Shown here in pieces: positions 1 through 14,099 of a stretch of 64,000 nt of DNA. Within the stretch, counting starts at the first letter, position 1; the number at the start of each line of letters is the position of its first letter. Below the pieces are notes generated by a model, which was given only the letters and a program-made list of their open reading frames with translations, did no database searches and was not told where the DNA came from. The position numbers were made by a program, and so were the translations under genes. The stretch comes from Eledone cirrhosa (lineage: Eukaryota), in contig OZ024740.1 of the NCBI GenBank assembly GCA_964016885.1, forward strand, positions 190,092,001-190,156,000, read 5' to 3'.

Positions 1-3000
1 CCTTCGCACCGAACTTCGGCGGCTACGATATGTACGCATCTCCCAGCCGTTCGGGATCGGGGGGTGGAGTTACTGTGCTTTTTCGGAGAGGTTTGTATCT
101 CGCAATACGGGCCATGTTCCTGCACCCAGAAGGTAAGTTAGTTGTGCTAGACGTGACCAGCGGAGACGGGAATGCTTTCAGGTTAGTGGCCGTCTATGCC
201 CCGACAGGAGCAGGGCGGCCTGATTTATTCCGGCGTCTGGAGACCTTTCTTGGAACGTCCCGCTCTTTAGTGTTAATGGGCGACGACTGGAACGGGATCT
301 TAGATGCACGCTGGGACTGTGTGGGATCAGCGGATAGTGGAGGCGGGTGCAAGAGCCTCACCAACCTGCTCAGGCGTTTTGAACTGCCTGACAGGTACCG
401 ATTGGATTTCACGAATGTGCCAATGTGGACTTGGACAAATCGCATAAGGTCATCCAGATCATATCTAGATAGAGTATTTTGTATTGAAATAGTTAGGTCT
501 AGCACAGGCTGTCCACAATTCAAGATAGTCAGCTACACGGACCACAAAATCGCAAGGCCTACAGAGACCGGGTTAGCGAACTAGTTAAGCGGGCATTGAC
601 GGGGGCCATCGTCAACAACAAGTGGTGGTTTGCTCTGAAAAGAGCAATTAGAATAGAGTCCATTACGTTTAGTAAGGCTTTAGCAATAGAGAAAAATAGG
701 GCAGAGGGAGAATTAGTTAGAAAACTAGACGAGGCGCTTAGCAAAGGCATCGCGACCGACGTACTTGCGGCGAAATTGGCCCTTGACCAATTCTTCAATG
801 CAAATCATGAAGGCTGCGTTGTCAGAGCTAGGGTGCGTGCTCTCAGACACGAGGGCACGAAAGTCGTTCAATGAGCCCCAGTGGCGGAGGCACGTCGTGG
901 CTTCAAAGCCACGATCCGGTATTTGGTGGACCACGACGGGTGCATGCTACTCGATCTCGGAAAAACGTGTGAAGCTTTTCACCGACACTTCGCACAGATC
1001 TACGGGCCGGATCGAGGGATGGAATTTAGTGTTTACCTCAACGGACTGCCGCGGCTCTCGGCCACTGAGGCGGAGTGTTGCGAAAAGCCGATAACAATTG
1101 CTGAAGTACGGGAGGCAATGACTGGCTGCACAAGGGGTAAATCGCCTTGTTTGGATGGTCTGCCCTATGAACATTACGTACAGATGCCAGACTTGTTCGG
1201 AGGCCTCTTGGCGGACGTCTACTGCAACTGGGAATAGAACGGGAGAATTCCCAGCTCTGTGAGCCGAGGAGCTGTGGCGCTGCTGAGAAATGATCCGAAC
1301 AAGGGGGATAACATAGATAATTTTAGGCCCGTAACTCTGCTAAACACAGAATTCAAGATTTTGGCCAAGGTGCTAGCAAAGAGGTTGGAGCTTGTCGTTG
1401 ATGGTCTGGTGGGAGAGGCGCAGACATGCGCCATTCCAGACAGTCCATCCACAACAACCTCCACCTCATTCTATACATCGTAGAGAGGGTAGCAAGGGAA
1501 CATGGCACGGGTTGGTCCTTGATCAATTTAGATCAGTTGAAAGCTTTCGATAGGGTCTACCATCGTTACCTAGCGACAGTCCTGAGGGGGGCTGGCTTTG
1601 GGCCCGTCTTCAGAGGCTGGATCGCTGCCATGCACAGCGACATCTGCTCTGTGGTGAGAGTGAACGGTCACCTTTCGGAACCGTTCAACAATATTATCGT
1701 AGTGGTGTCGAACGCCAAACACGTCGAGGCGATCGACACTACACTAAGAGAATACGAAGCGTTGACAGGAGCAATGATCAACCAGGAAAAGTCACTGGGG
1801 CTGCAGCTCGGCACCTGGAGAGGCAGGTCCATGCCGTCCAACAGCGTCGTCGGGCGCTGGACGGACGGACCGGTTAAATTGCTAGGGGTCTGGTTCGGTC
1901 CGGACCTCCAGACGGACAAAAACTGGAACGAGGTGACGAGCAGGATGGCTTCTCTCACCCAGAAAAGGGCCGAGAGGAAGCTATCCCTGAAATGTCGAGC
2001 GGAGGTGGCTAACGCGTATATCGCGTCCGTCATCTACTACCGCCTGACCGTCGTACCTTGTCCTTAGCCCCGCCTGACTGCACTGGACCGTTTGCTCTTT
2101 CGCTGTTTGTAGAAGGGGCGCGCTCCGATGGTCAGGCGGTGCATCTGCTTTCAACACCCGCTACGTGGAGGGCTGGGCATGCCATGGCTGATGATGCGCA
2201 GACACGCGCTCAGGCTACGACATCTCCACCTCTAACTGGACGGTGATCAGGTGTGGTCGCCTTTTGCTAGACACGTATTTCCCCAGCTCGTCTCTTGACG
2301 GAGCTGCAGTCCTCGGTCAAGCGAAGACCGAGAGGGAGCGCTTGAATACTGGAATGTCTTCAGGCGCTGACAGCCCTCGACCAATCGGGCAATGTGATCT
2401 GTGGAAACTCCACCTTGGCGTTATATAGAGTATTAGTGGAGGGGAAGAGCGACGACGTACTTGGAGAAACTCTAGGCGTCGACGAAATCAACTAGCAAAT
2501 CTCTTCGGAAGGACTTTCGGGCCGGGGCCTATGGACAACTTCCAGAAATCCCTGGCCTGGCAGTGCTACTGAGGAGCTTTGCCAGTTCGTGATAAACTCT
2601 ACAGGCATGGGGGAGCCGTCAGCCGGGAATGTCTGAGATGCGTGCAGGGCTACGAAACCGTCCTGGATGCACTCGTCTAGTGTCCGAGCATTGCTGACAT
2701 GTGGGTTTATGTCGAACACCTGCTGTCACGTGTAGGACGGATCCAGCTATCAGCTGAGTCCATCGTGAGGATTGCCCCGCCCTCTTCCTTTAGTCGGAAG
2801 GGCAGGCAGTTTTTATCTGTCTGGTGGCCATGGCGAAAGAGATATTATGATGGACACGTTTGAAAGGGCTGAAGACAAGCATTTACCTCTTCGGTGTTGA
2901 CCTGATTAACTTTTTCAAATTTCATTTGGAAAGGAAATTCAGAGTAGAGAGGGAAGTGCTCTCTTCCCAGCATTTTGTTGAAAGATGGATGAGAGAAGCA

Positions 3001-3290
3001 AGTATGCCCCGGGTGAACGGGCCTACTCTGAGTATGTGTCTGTAAATTAAAGGTGGAAAACTGGGAGAGGGCAATTGCCCTGGTGGTCAGGGTCACTGTG
3101 GCCTTTTTAATGGGCTTTCTCCACAAATGTCCTTCGGAAGTATCCCCCCTATTGGGGAATTTTTTATTACATCCTCTTTTTTCTTTTACACGCAAAAACG
3201 CCGATCAGTATCGTCCTGTATTGTCCTGTACTGTCCTTAATGTCTACTTCATGTAGACCCTTGTGGTTAATAAAGAATGCCTTATTATTA
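1..3290 (+). mobile_element. Decayed Tx1/L1-clade LINE (ORF2: APE endonuclease + RT, frameshifted), with 3' end
   Basis: APE motifs in ORF 30-584 (VYAP, GDDWN, YLDRVF, TDH). RT N-terminal motifs (KSPCLDGLP, NFRPVTLLNTEFKILAKVLA, LDQLKAFDRV) are spread over broken frames. The QG..S/YADD core is missing near 1690. Ends AATAAA..(TTA)n at ~3269-3300. Confidence 0.88.
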
Positions 3291-3307
3291 TTATTATTGT
3301 TATTGTT

Positions 3308-3555
3308 ATTCCTTGAATCTCAGTCATTGATGTTGGTTAACTGGAAAGTCCGTTGGATTGAATATCAAGCCACTACCTGCAGCCTCAGATATTCAGGACG
3401 TATCGGAGGGTTCTTGCCGTTCCAAGCAAGCATGCCTTTTGCAGCGTTCCAAAAAGCGTGAAGGGGCCGATTTTCTTTAACCATCCCTGGAAACCTTTGG
3501 AGATAGTCCCCAGTGCGCCTATGACAATCGGGATCACTTTGACTTCATGGCAGAC
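3308..3555 (-). mobile_element. 5'-truncated R4/Dong-type RLE LINE, 3' end (same family as 60628-61428)
   Basis: VKVIPIVIGALGT...LQKACLLGTARTLRYVLNI* C-terminus. Near-identical to 60628-60875. Flanked by (TAT)n on both sides. Confidence 0.88.
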
Positions 3556-3598
<43 letters not shown>

Positions 3599-3659
3599 GC
3601 TGTTGTTGTTGAATTTGTTGTTATTGTTGTTGCTATTATTATTTGCGGGTTGTTGCTGT

Positions 3660-4150
3660 TTCTCGCAAGCATGCCTTTTGAAGTGTTCCAAAAAGCGGGG
3701 CTGGACTAATCTTATTTAACCAGCCTTGGCAACTCTTTGAGAGAGTACCTAGTGCGCTTATGACAATCGGGACGACCTTGACTTCATGGCAGTTTCAAAT
3801 CCTTTTTAACTCCCTCTTTAAATCCTGGTATCTTTTAATTTTTACCCTCTCCTTTTCTTGCACTCTCGTGTCAAATGGGCAGGCTACATCTACAATCAGG
3901 CACGATCTGAATTCCTTGTCCAAAACCACCAGCTCAGGCCAATTGTGTTCTAATTTCTTGTCCGCCTGTATCCTAAAATCCCATAGCACTTTTACCTGAT
4001 CGTATTCTATCACCGGCTCAGACTTATGCTCTTACCACTCCTCAGAATATGGTAAATTGTTTACTTTGCATAGATGCCTGTGTATCACCCTACCTATCGC
4101 ATCGTGTATCCAGCCTTTTTAGTGAGTCTGGACTGGGTGTTTACACTCGG
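3660..4150 (-). mobile_element. R4/Dong-type RLE fragment
   Basis: ORF 3795-4013: KVLWDFRIQADKKLEHNWPELVVLDK..CLIVDVACPFD...KIKRYQDL (RLE motifs). Bounded by TAT/TGT triplet tracts. Confidence 0.82.
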
Positions 4151-4242
4151 ATATTATTATTATTATTGTTTCGTTGTTGTTGTTGTTGTTGTTATCATTA
4201 TTGACATTATTAATTTCTTAAATAATTATCATTATTGCCATT

Positions 4243-4358
4243 CTGAGTTCGAATCCCGCCGAGGTTAACTTTGCCTTTCGTCCTTACGGGGTCGATAAAG
4301 TAAAGTACCAGTAATGCACTGGGTATTTGCTGGCCTTGTGCCGAAAAGTATAAACAAT
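4243..4358 (+). mobile_element. 5'-truncated tRNA-derived SINE
   Basis: B-box GAGTTCGAATCC followed by GCCGAGGTTAACTTTGCCTTTCGTCCTTACGGGGTCGATAAA. Same family as 7634-7813. Confidence 0.85.
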
Positions 4359-4389
4359 TATTATCATTATTAACATAATTCGTAACGCT

Positions 4390-5960
4390 CCTGCTCTGGC
4401 ATATGTTATACCGACACAATGACTAAAGTGCGAGCCATACCCAAATGCACACAATACTCATGGGTTATTGTTTCTCCTTCAACATTCTAACAACCACACT
4501 TGAACCCCTGCTGTTCCCAGCAAGGCTGTTGTGTGTAATAATCCAGTATTGGTGGCAAATCTTAGTTTCTAATGCCAAGCATTTCACCTTTTACTAACTG
4601 CTTCTAGTGCGCCAAACAAAATCGGTAGCACTTTTAGGTGTCTGATTCTCCATAGTTTCCTGATTTCCCTTTTGGGCTCCTGATATTTAACAATATTTTC
4701 ATTTCCTTTCTCATTCAACCTGTGATCCCACAATTAATGCATTTCCTGTAGATCAATATCGACAATAATTACCTTGCTATACTTCTTTTTTAAGGCAACA
4801 ATCCCAGGTATTCTAGTTACTGAGGCAAGGTAGAATTGTTAAGATTGAAGGAATTGTACTGCCAGACAGAAAAGGTATTATGAAAGTTGGCGGCAACGGA
4901 TACAAGCATCCTGAACACAAGCATCCTGGAAACAGACCAAATGAAAGAGAAGGAAATGAAAGAATTATTATCAAACGAATATACATGGAGACCTAAGTTG
5001 GTTTTAAAGACAGAGTGAAATGGTTGGAATACAATACTGGCTATCAGTGCATGGACTGTTTCCGTTCTTAATCAGGAATATATATCGCTGGTACGAAAGA
5101 CTGAAAAAGTGATGAACTTAAGTATCGTGATAGAAAAACTAGGAAAATAATGAGATCAGTAGGTGTTCTACATTCCAAACGCGCCGTGGACAGTTTGTAT
5201 CATGGAAGAGAGGAAGAAGAGATCTTATTAGTTGTGAAATGTGTGTGAAGTCTGGGGGAAATAATCTGGCAAGGTATTTAAAGGATTAAAACGTTGACAA
5301 AGATAAGATCTGGGATTAGTTAAGGAAAGCGACTTGAAAGTTGAAACTGAAGCCCTTCTATTCATAGCCTTGGAAAAGCTGCATTGTACCTTTTGAGATA
5401 TTAATATGTCCTAACCATTTTGATGTGCCCTTCCATTCTCATTTTGTTCCATGGTTCTTTGATCTACATGTGTGTAGTCTTAGCAATATAGTTATTTGCT
5501 GCATTGATGCGATTGTTGGTTTCTGTGATGGATCTAGTTGGCATCTTGTCAAAGATCTTTACTTTGCTAGTTATTTCTTCTAGCTGACGTCGGCTTAATC
5601 ATTTAAAAGTTTTTAGAGTAGATTAAACATCCGACTGTCTTTTTCTTTTATGTCCTTCAGTTCATTAATGTTAATGTCAACTCTCCCAACATTGCAAGAA
5701 TTAATTTCCAGCTCTCCTATTGGATTCCATCAATTTTCATACTCTCACATTTATAATAATCTCCCAAATCCCGAGCTTCTATATCTTCCACACGTTCCTA
5801 GTTTATCTTACTCTTTCTCGTTTCTATCTCGATCTCAGATATTCATCCACCTTTCCCTTGTCATAAAACCCTTTTTCAGCTCATTCGAAGAGCCCCATAT
5901 CCAACCGTATTCGTGGCCTCCTCTAACTGGCAAACCAATTCCATTCGCATGATTGCTTCT
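4390..5960. mobile_element. Old, rearranged R4-like LINE remnants (minus 4390-4820, plus 4830-5390, minus 5390-5960)
   Basis: TALLGTA C-terminus on the minus strand near 4510-4530. The plus-strand block reads like post-RT thumb/linker (LKVETEALLF). Many stops. Confidence 0.5.
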
Positions 5961-6069
5961 AAAATATCACTCCCTAACAGCCGTGTTTATCTCTTTACTC
6001 CATTTTATTCTAGCAGTGATGAGATGACGAGAGTCCCGTGCTTCTCCAAAAACATAAAACAAAATATAA

Positions 6070-6669
6070 GTGCCTATAATGCATATAAATGTAAAAAAAA
6101 ACATGAATATACCACCAATACATCAAACTAACCATAATACTAAAATAAACCACAGCAAACCACCATCTCATTCACATACAACAAATCGTGAAAATTCCAC
6201 ACCTAATTTGACTATCTCCTCTGATACAGCATTCACGAAAGACTGTAACTGTAGAAACAAAGCAAATTGCCCATTAAAAGGAAATTGCCTTATTAATAAC
6301 ATAGTATATAAATGTAAAGTTAACACTAAGGACTCAATTTATTCATATATAGGAGCTACTTCTAACCAATTTAAAGTAAGATTTAATACCCACAAACACA
6401 GTTTTAAAAATGCCGCATTAGCTAATACCACATCTTTAGCTGAAATAATTAATAGTTATAGAAAGAGGAATATAGATTATGACCTGGCCTGGAGTGTGCT
6501 CAAAAGGGCCACCCCTTATCAAAATAATAGATATGAATGTAGATTATGTTCCCAGGAACTTTTTGAAATAATGAAATCTAAGGATATCCTATTAAATAAG
6601 CGACAGGAATTAAGTATATCGTGTAATCATAAACTGAGAAAAACTTTTAAATATTATAAACCTAATTAA
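6070..6669 (+). pseudogene. PLE zinc-finger + GIY-YIG endonuclease C-terminal fragment
   Basis: CNCRNKANCPLKGNCL, NIVYKC..SYIGAT, RFNTHKHSF, CRLCSQE, LLNKRQE..SCNH. Confidence 0.85.
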
Positions 6670-7633
6670 TATACACTTTAGAAATTATTATAATAACATT
6701 TTTTAAAAATTAGTTAACCTATAATTAATATTCTACTACTAATGGACTACATCATTTTTTTTCCCTTTTAAAACTATCATTTCCTAAAATTTATACCATT
6801 ACGTATACATATAAACTAATTTAATTTCAGGTTATGATTCTATATTCCTTGTAAACTGTATATATTTGTTATTTCTCATTAATAAACTTACCCCCCCCCC
6901 CCCATAATTATTCTTATTATTTTTTATTTTCCCTTCGTTTTTAACAGCACTCTTCAAAAACATCTAACTCTTATTTATCATATCTATATGCATTAATATA
7001 ATTTTATTAATTTAATTAATTTATTTTCTTTTTATAGATGTAAATTCCATATATTTTAAATAAGTTTGATATTTTTCACTAACACATTTATCGTAAAATT
7101 TTAGTCTCCTTAGATATTTACATTGGCATTATTCTTTTATAACAGCAATTTTTCGTGTATCTTTTACCAACCTGACCTATTTTCATCCCTAAAATAATCT
7201 TTTCATTCATCATACTCTCTCCATTCAAAACTGAAATCTGCCTTCTTCTACCCCTAAATTAAAGTTATATTACTACTATTTTACAATTTTAACCAGTTAC
7301 TACCTTTCTATTGATCAATTCAAAACCTGTTCCCAAACAGAGCTATTATATTAAATCTTTGTTGGGTTTTTTCAATAAACAAATATAATTATTTCTGAAG
7401 ACAGCATATGACGTATTTTCATCCCTAAAATAATATTTCATTCATCATAATCTTTCCATCCCAAACCTAAATCTACCTTCCTCTACTCCTAAATTAAAGT
7501 TCTATTACTACTATTTTACCATCTTGACCTTTCACTACCTTTCTATTGGTCAATTCAAAACCTGTTCCCCACAGACCTATTATATTAAATCTTTGTTGGG
7601 TTTTTTTCAATAAACAAATATCATTATTTCTGA

Positions 7634-7813
7634 GGTGTATTGGCAGTATCGGTAGAGGGTCGGACGCCATGCTTTCCAGCATAATTACGTCCCTTTACGA
7701 TCTGAGTTCAAATCCCGCCGAGGTTGACTTTGCCTTTCATCCTTACGGGGTCGATAAATAAAGTACCAGTAATGCACTGGGTAATTGCTGGCCTTGTGCC
7801 TAAAGTAGAAACA
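7634..7813 (+). mobile_element. tRNA-derived SINE with 11-bp TSD
   Basis: A-box TGGCAGTATCGG and B-box GAGTTCAAATCC. TSD ATTATTTCTGA at 7623-7633 and 7814-7824. The empty site is seen at ~32240-32255. Confidence 0.9.
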
Positions 7814-7947
7814 ATTATTTCTGAAGACAGCATATATATGTGTATGTATGTATATTCCCTCTGATAGTTTGTAAAAAGTTTACATAGATCTATATGATAT
7901 ACATACCAACACTAACATATATATCCTAGAAACGATCGTAAAATGAT
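7814..7947 (+). ncRNA. Type I hammerhead ribozyme with long stem II (family A)
   Basis: ATTATTT-CTGAAGA-[~100 nt hairpin]-GAAA-CGATCG-TA-AAATGAT. Stem I pairs, and stem III is palindromic. Confidence 0.7.
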
Positions 7948-8000
7948 GATTTTTTTAATATAAGGAACTGTTTCTTTGTTTTTATTCCTTATTTTTATTA

Positions 8001-8035
<35 letters not shown>

Positions 8036-8124
8036 AGAATAGAATGAAACGAAATTTCATTTCTCACTCTTAGTACGGCGCTTACTTAAATGTAAGTATG
8101 TATGTATACAGACGTACAGTAGCA

Positions 8125-8223
<99 letters not shown>

Positions 8224-8235
8224 TTAATATAGATG

Positions 8236-8286
8236 AGATTCTACAGGACTAGAACTGTTTCATTCATTAGAAATCATCAGGAATCT
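8236..8286 (-). ncRNA. Minimal type I hammerhead ribozyme (family B, left arm)
   Basis: Reverse complement reads AGATTC-CTGATGA-TTTCTAATGAAT-GAAA-CAG.TTCTAGTC.CTG-TA-GAATCT. Confidence 0.8.
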
Positions 8287-8971
8287 GGGTATCAAAAAAT
8301 AAATATGGTATTTATAAGTCTCTACAAGTGGTAGGAGAGGGTGGGGAGTGGGATGGGTGCAGGTCATTGGTTGATAGAAAAGGGAATTCATTAAAAGCTA
8401 ATTCTACAAAGCTATAGTTTATTTTTATTTGTATTTATATTTATTTATGTTTTTAGAGTAACAAAGGCAGACAGAATTCTATAAACAGGTTCCGGATGGC
8501 ATACCATTCCTTGTCAATAAGTATCTCTTAAGCTAACAGATGTCTATAAAATCAGTGGGGGGTCAGTCATGGTCGATAGAATTAAAGAAAAGGGAGATTC
8601 TTTAAAAGCTAAAGTCATTAAGGTTCTACTAAGTGACAAAGGTCTAGAGAATTCTGCAGACATATTCAAAATACTGAGTGCATATCTTACTATTATCTTC
8701 GAACTTCTCTTAAACTAATCAACTATATGCCAAAAATCAACAGACACATTCACAAAAAAACAAAAAGACAAAAAAACAAAAAAACACATCCTCACTCACA
8801 CACTTACGCGCAACTATAAACACATACACAAACACGTATACACACATAAAGACACACACACATATATAAAAAATATATAAATATATATAAATATATATTC
8901 ATGTACACATACATACATACACACATACATACATACACATATAATACATATACATACACATACACATACAT

Positions 8972-9030
<59 letters not shown>

Positions 9031-9041
9031 CATACACACAT

Positions 9042-9096
<55 letters not shown>

Positions 9097-9119
9097 CAAA
9101 CAGATACACACACACATAC

Positions 9120-9162
<43 letters not shown>

Positions 9163-9221
9163 AATAAATACGCTCACACGCATACATACAAACACGAGTA
9201 TACATATGTATAAATATCTAT

Positions 9222-9254
<33 letters not shown>

Positions 9255-9275
9255 CATATACATATATATATACAC

Positions 9276-9356
<81 letters not shown>

Positions 9357-9460
9357 TATATATCCATACATATACAAACATACACATACATACACAGACC
9401 TATACATAAATATACAAATATATATACAGACATATAACGCATATATACACACACATATAC

Positions 9461-9549
<89 letters not shown>

Positions 9550-9650
9550 ATATACATATATATATACACACACACGCATACACACATACACACACCCACA
9601 CACAAAATATATATACACACTCTCTCTCTCACGCACAAATATATATATAT

Positions 9651-10897
9651 ACCTTGATTTCAGCAAGGCCTTTGACAGGGTTGATCATAACATTCTACTG
9701 AGAAAGCTGTCCAATATTGGTGTCACTGGAAAGCTGCTGCAGTGGATCAAGAGCTTCCTGTCAAACAGAACCCAACATGTTGTAGTTGAGGGAGTCAAAT
9801 CAAGCCCAGCCAAAGTCAGTAGTGGAGTCCCACAAGGCACTGTGTTGGGCCCACTTCTCTTCATCATCTATATTAATGACATCACTGACATCATCAAACA
9901 CAGCAACATTAAAATTTTCGCTGATGATTCCAAGCTCCAAAAGGTCATCAATGGCGTGGATGACCGGATAAGCCTTCAGTCAGACCTACTGGCTGTTACC
10001 CAATGGGCAGAAAAGAACAACATGTTACTGAACGAAGACAAATTCGAACTGATCCACTTTGGAAAAGAGGATGCTCTGAAACTCCCGTACTCCCTTCCCT
10101 CCGGGGAAACTCTCGTGGCATCTAACAACATCAGAGACTTGGGAGTAACCGTGGACAGCAACATAAGCTGGACCACGCATATAAGCAGCAAAGTTGACAT
10201 GGCCCGCAGAATGTGTTCCTGGATCCTCAGAACCTTCCAGTCGAGAGATTCCCGAACCATTATCCTTCTCTTCTCTACTTTCGCCCGACCACACCTTGAA
10301 TACTGTTGTCCACTGTGGTCTCCCCACACGAAACAAAGTATCATGAAACTTGAAGCTCCTCAAAGGGCAATCACGAAAAAGATAGATGGCATGTCAGACC
10401 TTGACTACTGGGGTCGATTGGAAAACCTGAAACTTTACTCACTCCAACGTCGCCGTGAGCGTTATATTATCTGCATGATGTGGAAAATGTTCCATCATCA
10501 CTGCCCAAATGATGTTGGCATCGCCTTCAAGATACACCCAAGGCTTGGGCCCCGTGCTATCCGTCCCATTCAAAAATCTAAATCGCAACTCATAACAACA
10601 ATACGGCACAATTATTTCACCTCAATCGGCCCTGCTCTCTTCAACATCACACCAGGACACGTCAAAACAGAAACTGACCACACAAAATTCAAGAAGTCTT
10701 TGGACAAATTCCTCCAAGTAATCCCGGACAAACCACCCACACCCGGATATGTCTCCGCAAACAGTAATTCTCTTCTCGAATGGGCCATGGTGCCCAAATC
10801 CTGAATTGAAAGACTTCGCCAGGTGGTGCTATTAAGTTAGACATGGCCTGGGCCAATACTGGTCAAAACATTTCAAAGTTATTCATTTCAAAGTTAT
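9651..10897 (+). mobile_element. 5'-truncated CR1/L2-group LINE (RT C-terminal half) nested in the PLE left arm
   Basis: [47 protein letters not shown] open to the stop at 10804. 3' terminal repeat (CATTTCAAAGTTAT)x2. Absent from the mirror arm (~14120-14140). Confidence 0.9.
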
Positions 10898-10924
10898 ATA
10901 TACACATACATACATACACATACA

Positions 10925-10998
<74 letters not shown>

Positions 10999-11164
10999 TA
11001 TACATATATATACACATACACATACACACATATATATATACACACACATACACACACATACACACATATATACATACATACACACATACACAGACACATA
11101 CAAATACATATATATATATACACACACATATATATACACACATACACACACACACACACACATC

Positions 11165-11230
<66 letters not shown>

Positions 11231-11275
11231 TACACACATATACACATACACATACATACATATATATACATATAT

Positions 11276-11327
<52 letters not shown>

Positions 11328-11383
11328 ATATACATACATATACACACACACACATACACACATATACATATATACATACAAAT

Positions 11384-11436
<53 letters not shown>

Positions 11437-11503
11437 TATATATATATATATATACACACCTGCCCACACAACCATATACATATATATATACATATATATA
11501 TAC

Positions 11504-11547
<44 letters not shown>

Positions 11548-11585
11548 GCACACACATACATACATACACACACACACACACATAC

Positions 11586-11646
<61 letters not shown>

Positions 11647-11661
11647 TACACACATACATAC

Positions 11662-11714
<53 letters not shown>

Positions 11715-11873
11715 TATATATATTTATATATATATACATATATATACACACACACATACATATACACATATATATACATATACACACACATACATACACA
11801 CATACACATACATATACATAAACATACATACATTCATACATACACATACATACATACATACATACACATATAT

Positions 11874-11972
<99 letters not shown>

Positions 11973-12068
11973 CACATATATACATACATATACACAAATA
12001 TATACATACATATACATACATAAATATACACACATAAAACACATATACACACAAACATATATATCTAC

Positions 12069-12193
<125 letters not shown>

Positions 12194-12668
12194 TACACAT
12201 ATACACATATACAAACAAATATATACACATACAAGTAAATAGGTACTCAATTAATATACGCATATACGCAGGCACATAAAGACACCTTTACAGGCAGAAC
12301 ATGTAGATACGAAAGAGTTACTCACAAAACCATAGTGGCCGTATTTCAGGTTGAGGAGGGGTGGGGGTAGGGTAGGGAGGAGGTATAGGGGCCAATAGGG
12401 GGAGGTCGTTTTTAGCCATCGGGCTTTAACACTGGCTTAAAGTGTTTGAATGTTGCAAAGTTATTGTGCATGCAGTTCGGGCAGTGTTCAGAGAGTTTGT
12501 TCAGTAGCGGGCCCTTGGCGAATAAAATTTCGTAGCTCTCTGAAATACAAAGGTCGCAGCCCTTGTGTCCTCCGTTGTAAGAGCGCCTCTCTTTGTTGGC
12601 GGAGAGGCCTCTCTTTGTTGGCGGAGAGGCCAGATATTCTAATAGAGACGCTTTTTACTAGGTTATCA

Positions 12669-13463
12669 AATACAAACCACCCCCAAAACATCACTGATAA
12701 CCTAGTAAAAAGCGTCTCTATTAGAATATCTGGCCTCTCCGCCAACAAAGATATTTTTAATGCATCTGCCTCCTACTACAATGACGCCCTAGCCCGTAGC
12801 GGATTTAAAGAAAAGATAACTTACCTAGAAACCACCGCAAAATTGCAGAGGAGGAATAGACATAGGCAGATTAGCTGGTACAACCCTCCCTTCAATAGAG
12901 AGGTATCTACTCCGATAGCTAGGATTTTCTTCACTTTACTGAAATTACACTTCCCCATACAACATAGGAACTACACCATCTTTAATAAGAACACTATAAG
13001 ACTGTCTTACTCCACCACACCTAACCTAGCTAGGAATATAGCCAACCACAACTCTAAACTAAATAAGCCAACCACCTCCGAAACCAATCCCCGGACTGGG
13101 GCTCTATGTAATTGCCTAAATAAGGAAGCATGCCCACTAGAAAACAAATGCCTCACAAATGACATCGTATACAAATGCGATGTCATCTCAGGCACCGAGG
13201 ATTGCAAAAAAACTTACATCGGCATGACCTCCAACAACTTTAAGACCCGTTGGTATGCCCATACCCACTCCTTCAGAAGACCGAATAAATCAAATCAGAC
13301 AACACTCGCCTCCTACGTTTGGGACCTCAAAAGGAACTCCACCCCCTTCACGCTTAATTGGAAAATACTCCAGAAAGCGCGCTCTTACAACGGAGGACAC
13401 AAGGGCTACGACCTTTGTATTTCAGAGAGCTACGAAATTTTATTCGCCAAGGGCCCGCTACTG
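12669..13463 (+). pseudogene. PLE RT-thumb/linker + zinc-finger + GIY-YIG (family B), truncated
   Basis: [59 protein letters not shown]. Confidence 0.88.
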
Positions 13464-13541
13464 TATATGTATATATATATGTATATATATATATGTATAT
13501 GGTTGTGTGGGCAGGTGTGTATATATATATATATATATATA

Positions 13542-13598
<57 letters not shown>

Positions 13599-13673
13599 AT
13601 TTGTATGTATATATGTATATGTGTGTATGTGTGTGTGTGTATATGTATGTATATGTATGTGTGTATATATATA

Positions 13674-13734
<61 letters not shown>

Positions 13735-13783
13735 ATATATGTATATATATATATGTATGTATGTGTATGTGTATATGTGTGTA

Positions 13784-13855
<72 letters not shown>

Positions 13856-14036
13856 GATGTGTGTGTGTGTGTGTATGTGTGTATATATATGTGTGGGTAT
13901 ATATATATGTGTATGTGTATGTGTCTGTGTATGTGTGTATGTATGTATATATGTGTGTATGTGTGTGTATGTGTGTGTATATATATATGTGTGTATGTGT
14001 GTGTGTATATATATGTATATGTGTGTGTATATGTGA

Positions 14037-14099
<63 letters not shown>

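Larger units (their letters stand above)
6045..8005 (+). mobile_element. Naiad-like Penelope element, family A, 5'-truncated (GIY-YIG + 3'UTR)
   Basis: Matches 30400-32433. Ends TTATTAATTT followed by (TA)n. Contains a hammerhead and a SINE insertion. Confidence 0.85.

Noticed and set aside
7634-7813. tRNA gene
   Set aside because: The A/B boxes belong to a multi-copy SINE with TSDs; no cloverleaf.
12450-13856. A 468-aa novel fusion protein
   Set aside because: Chance read-through of antisense junction DNA, a PLE fragment and microsatellite.
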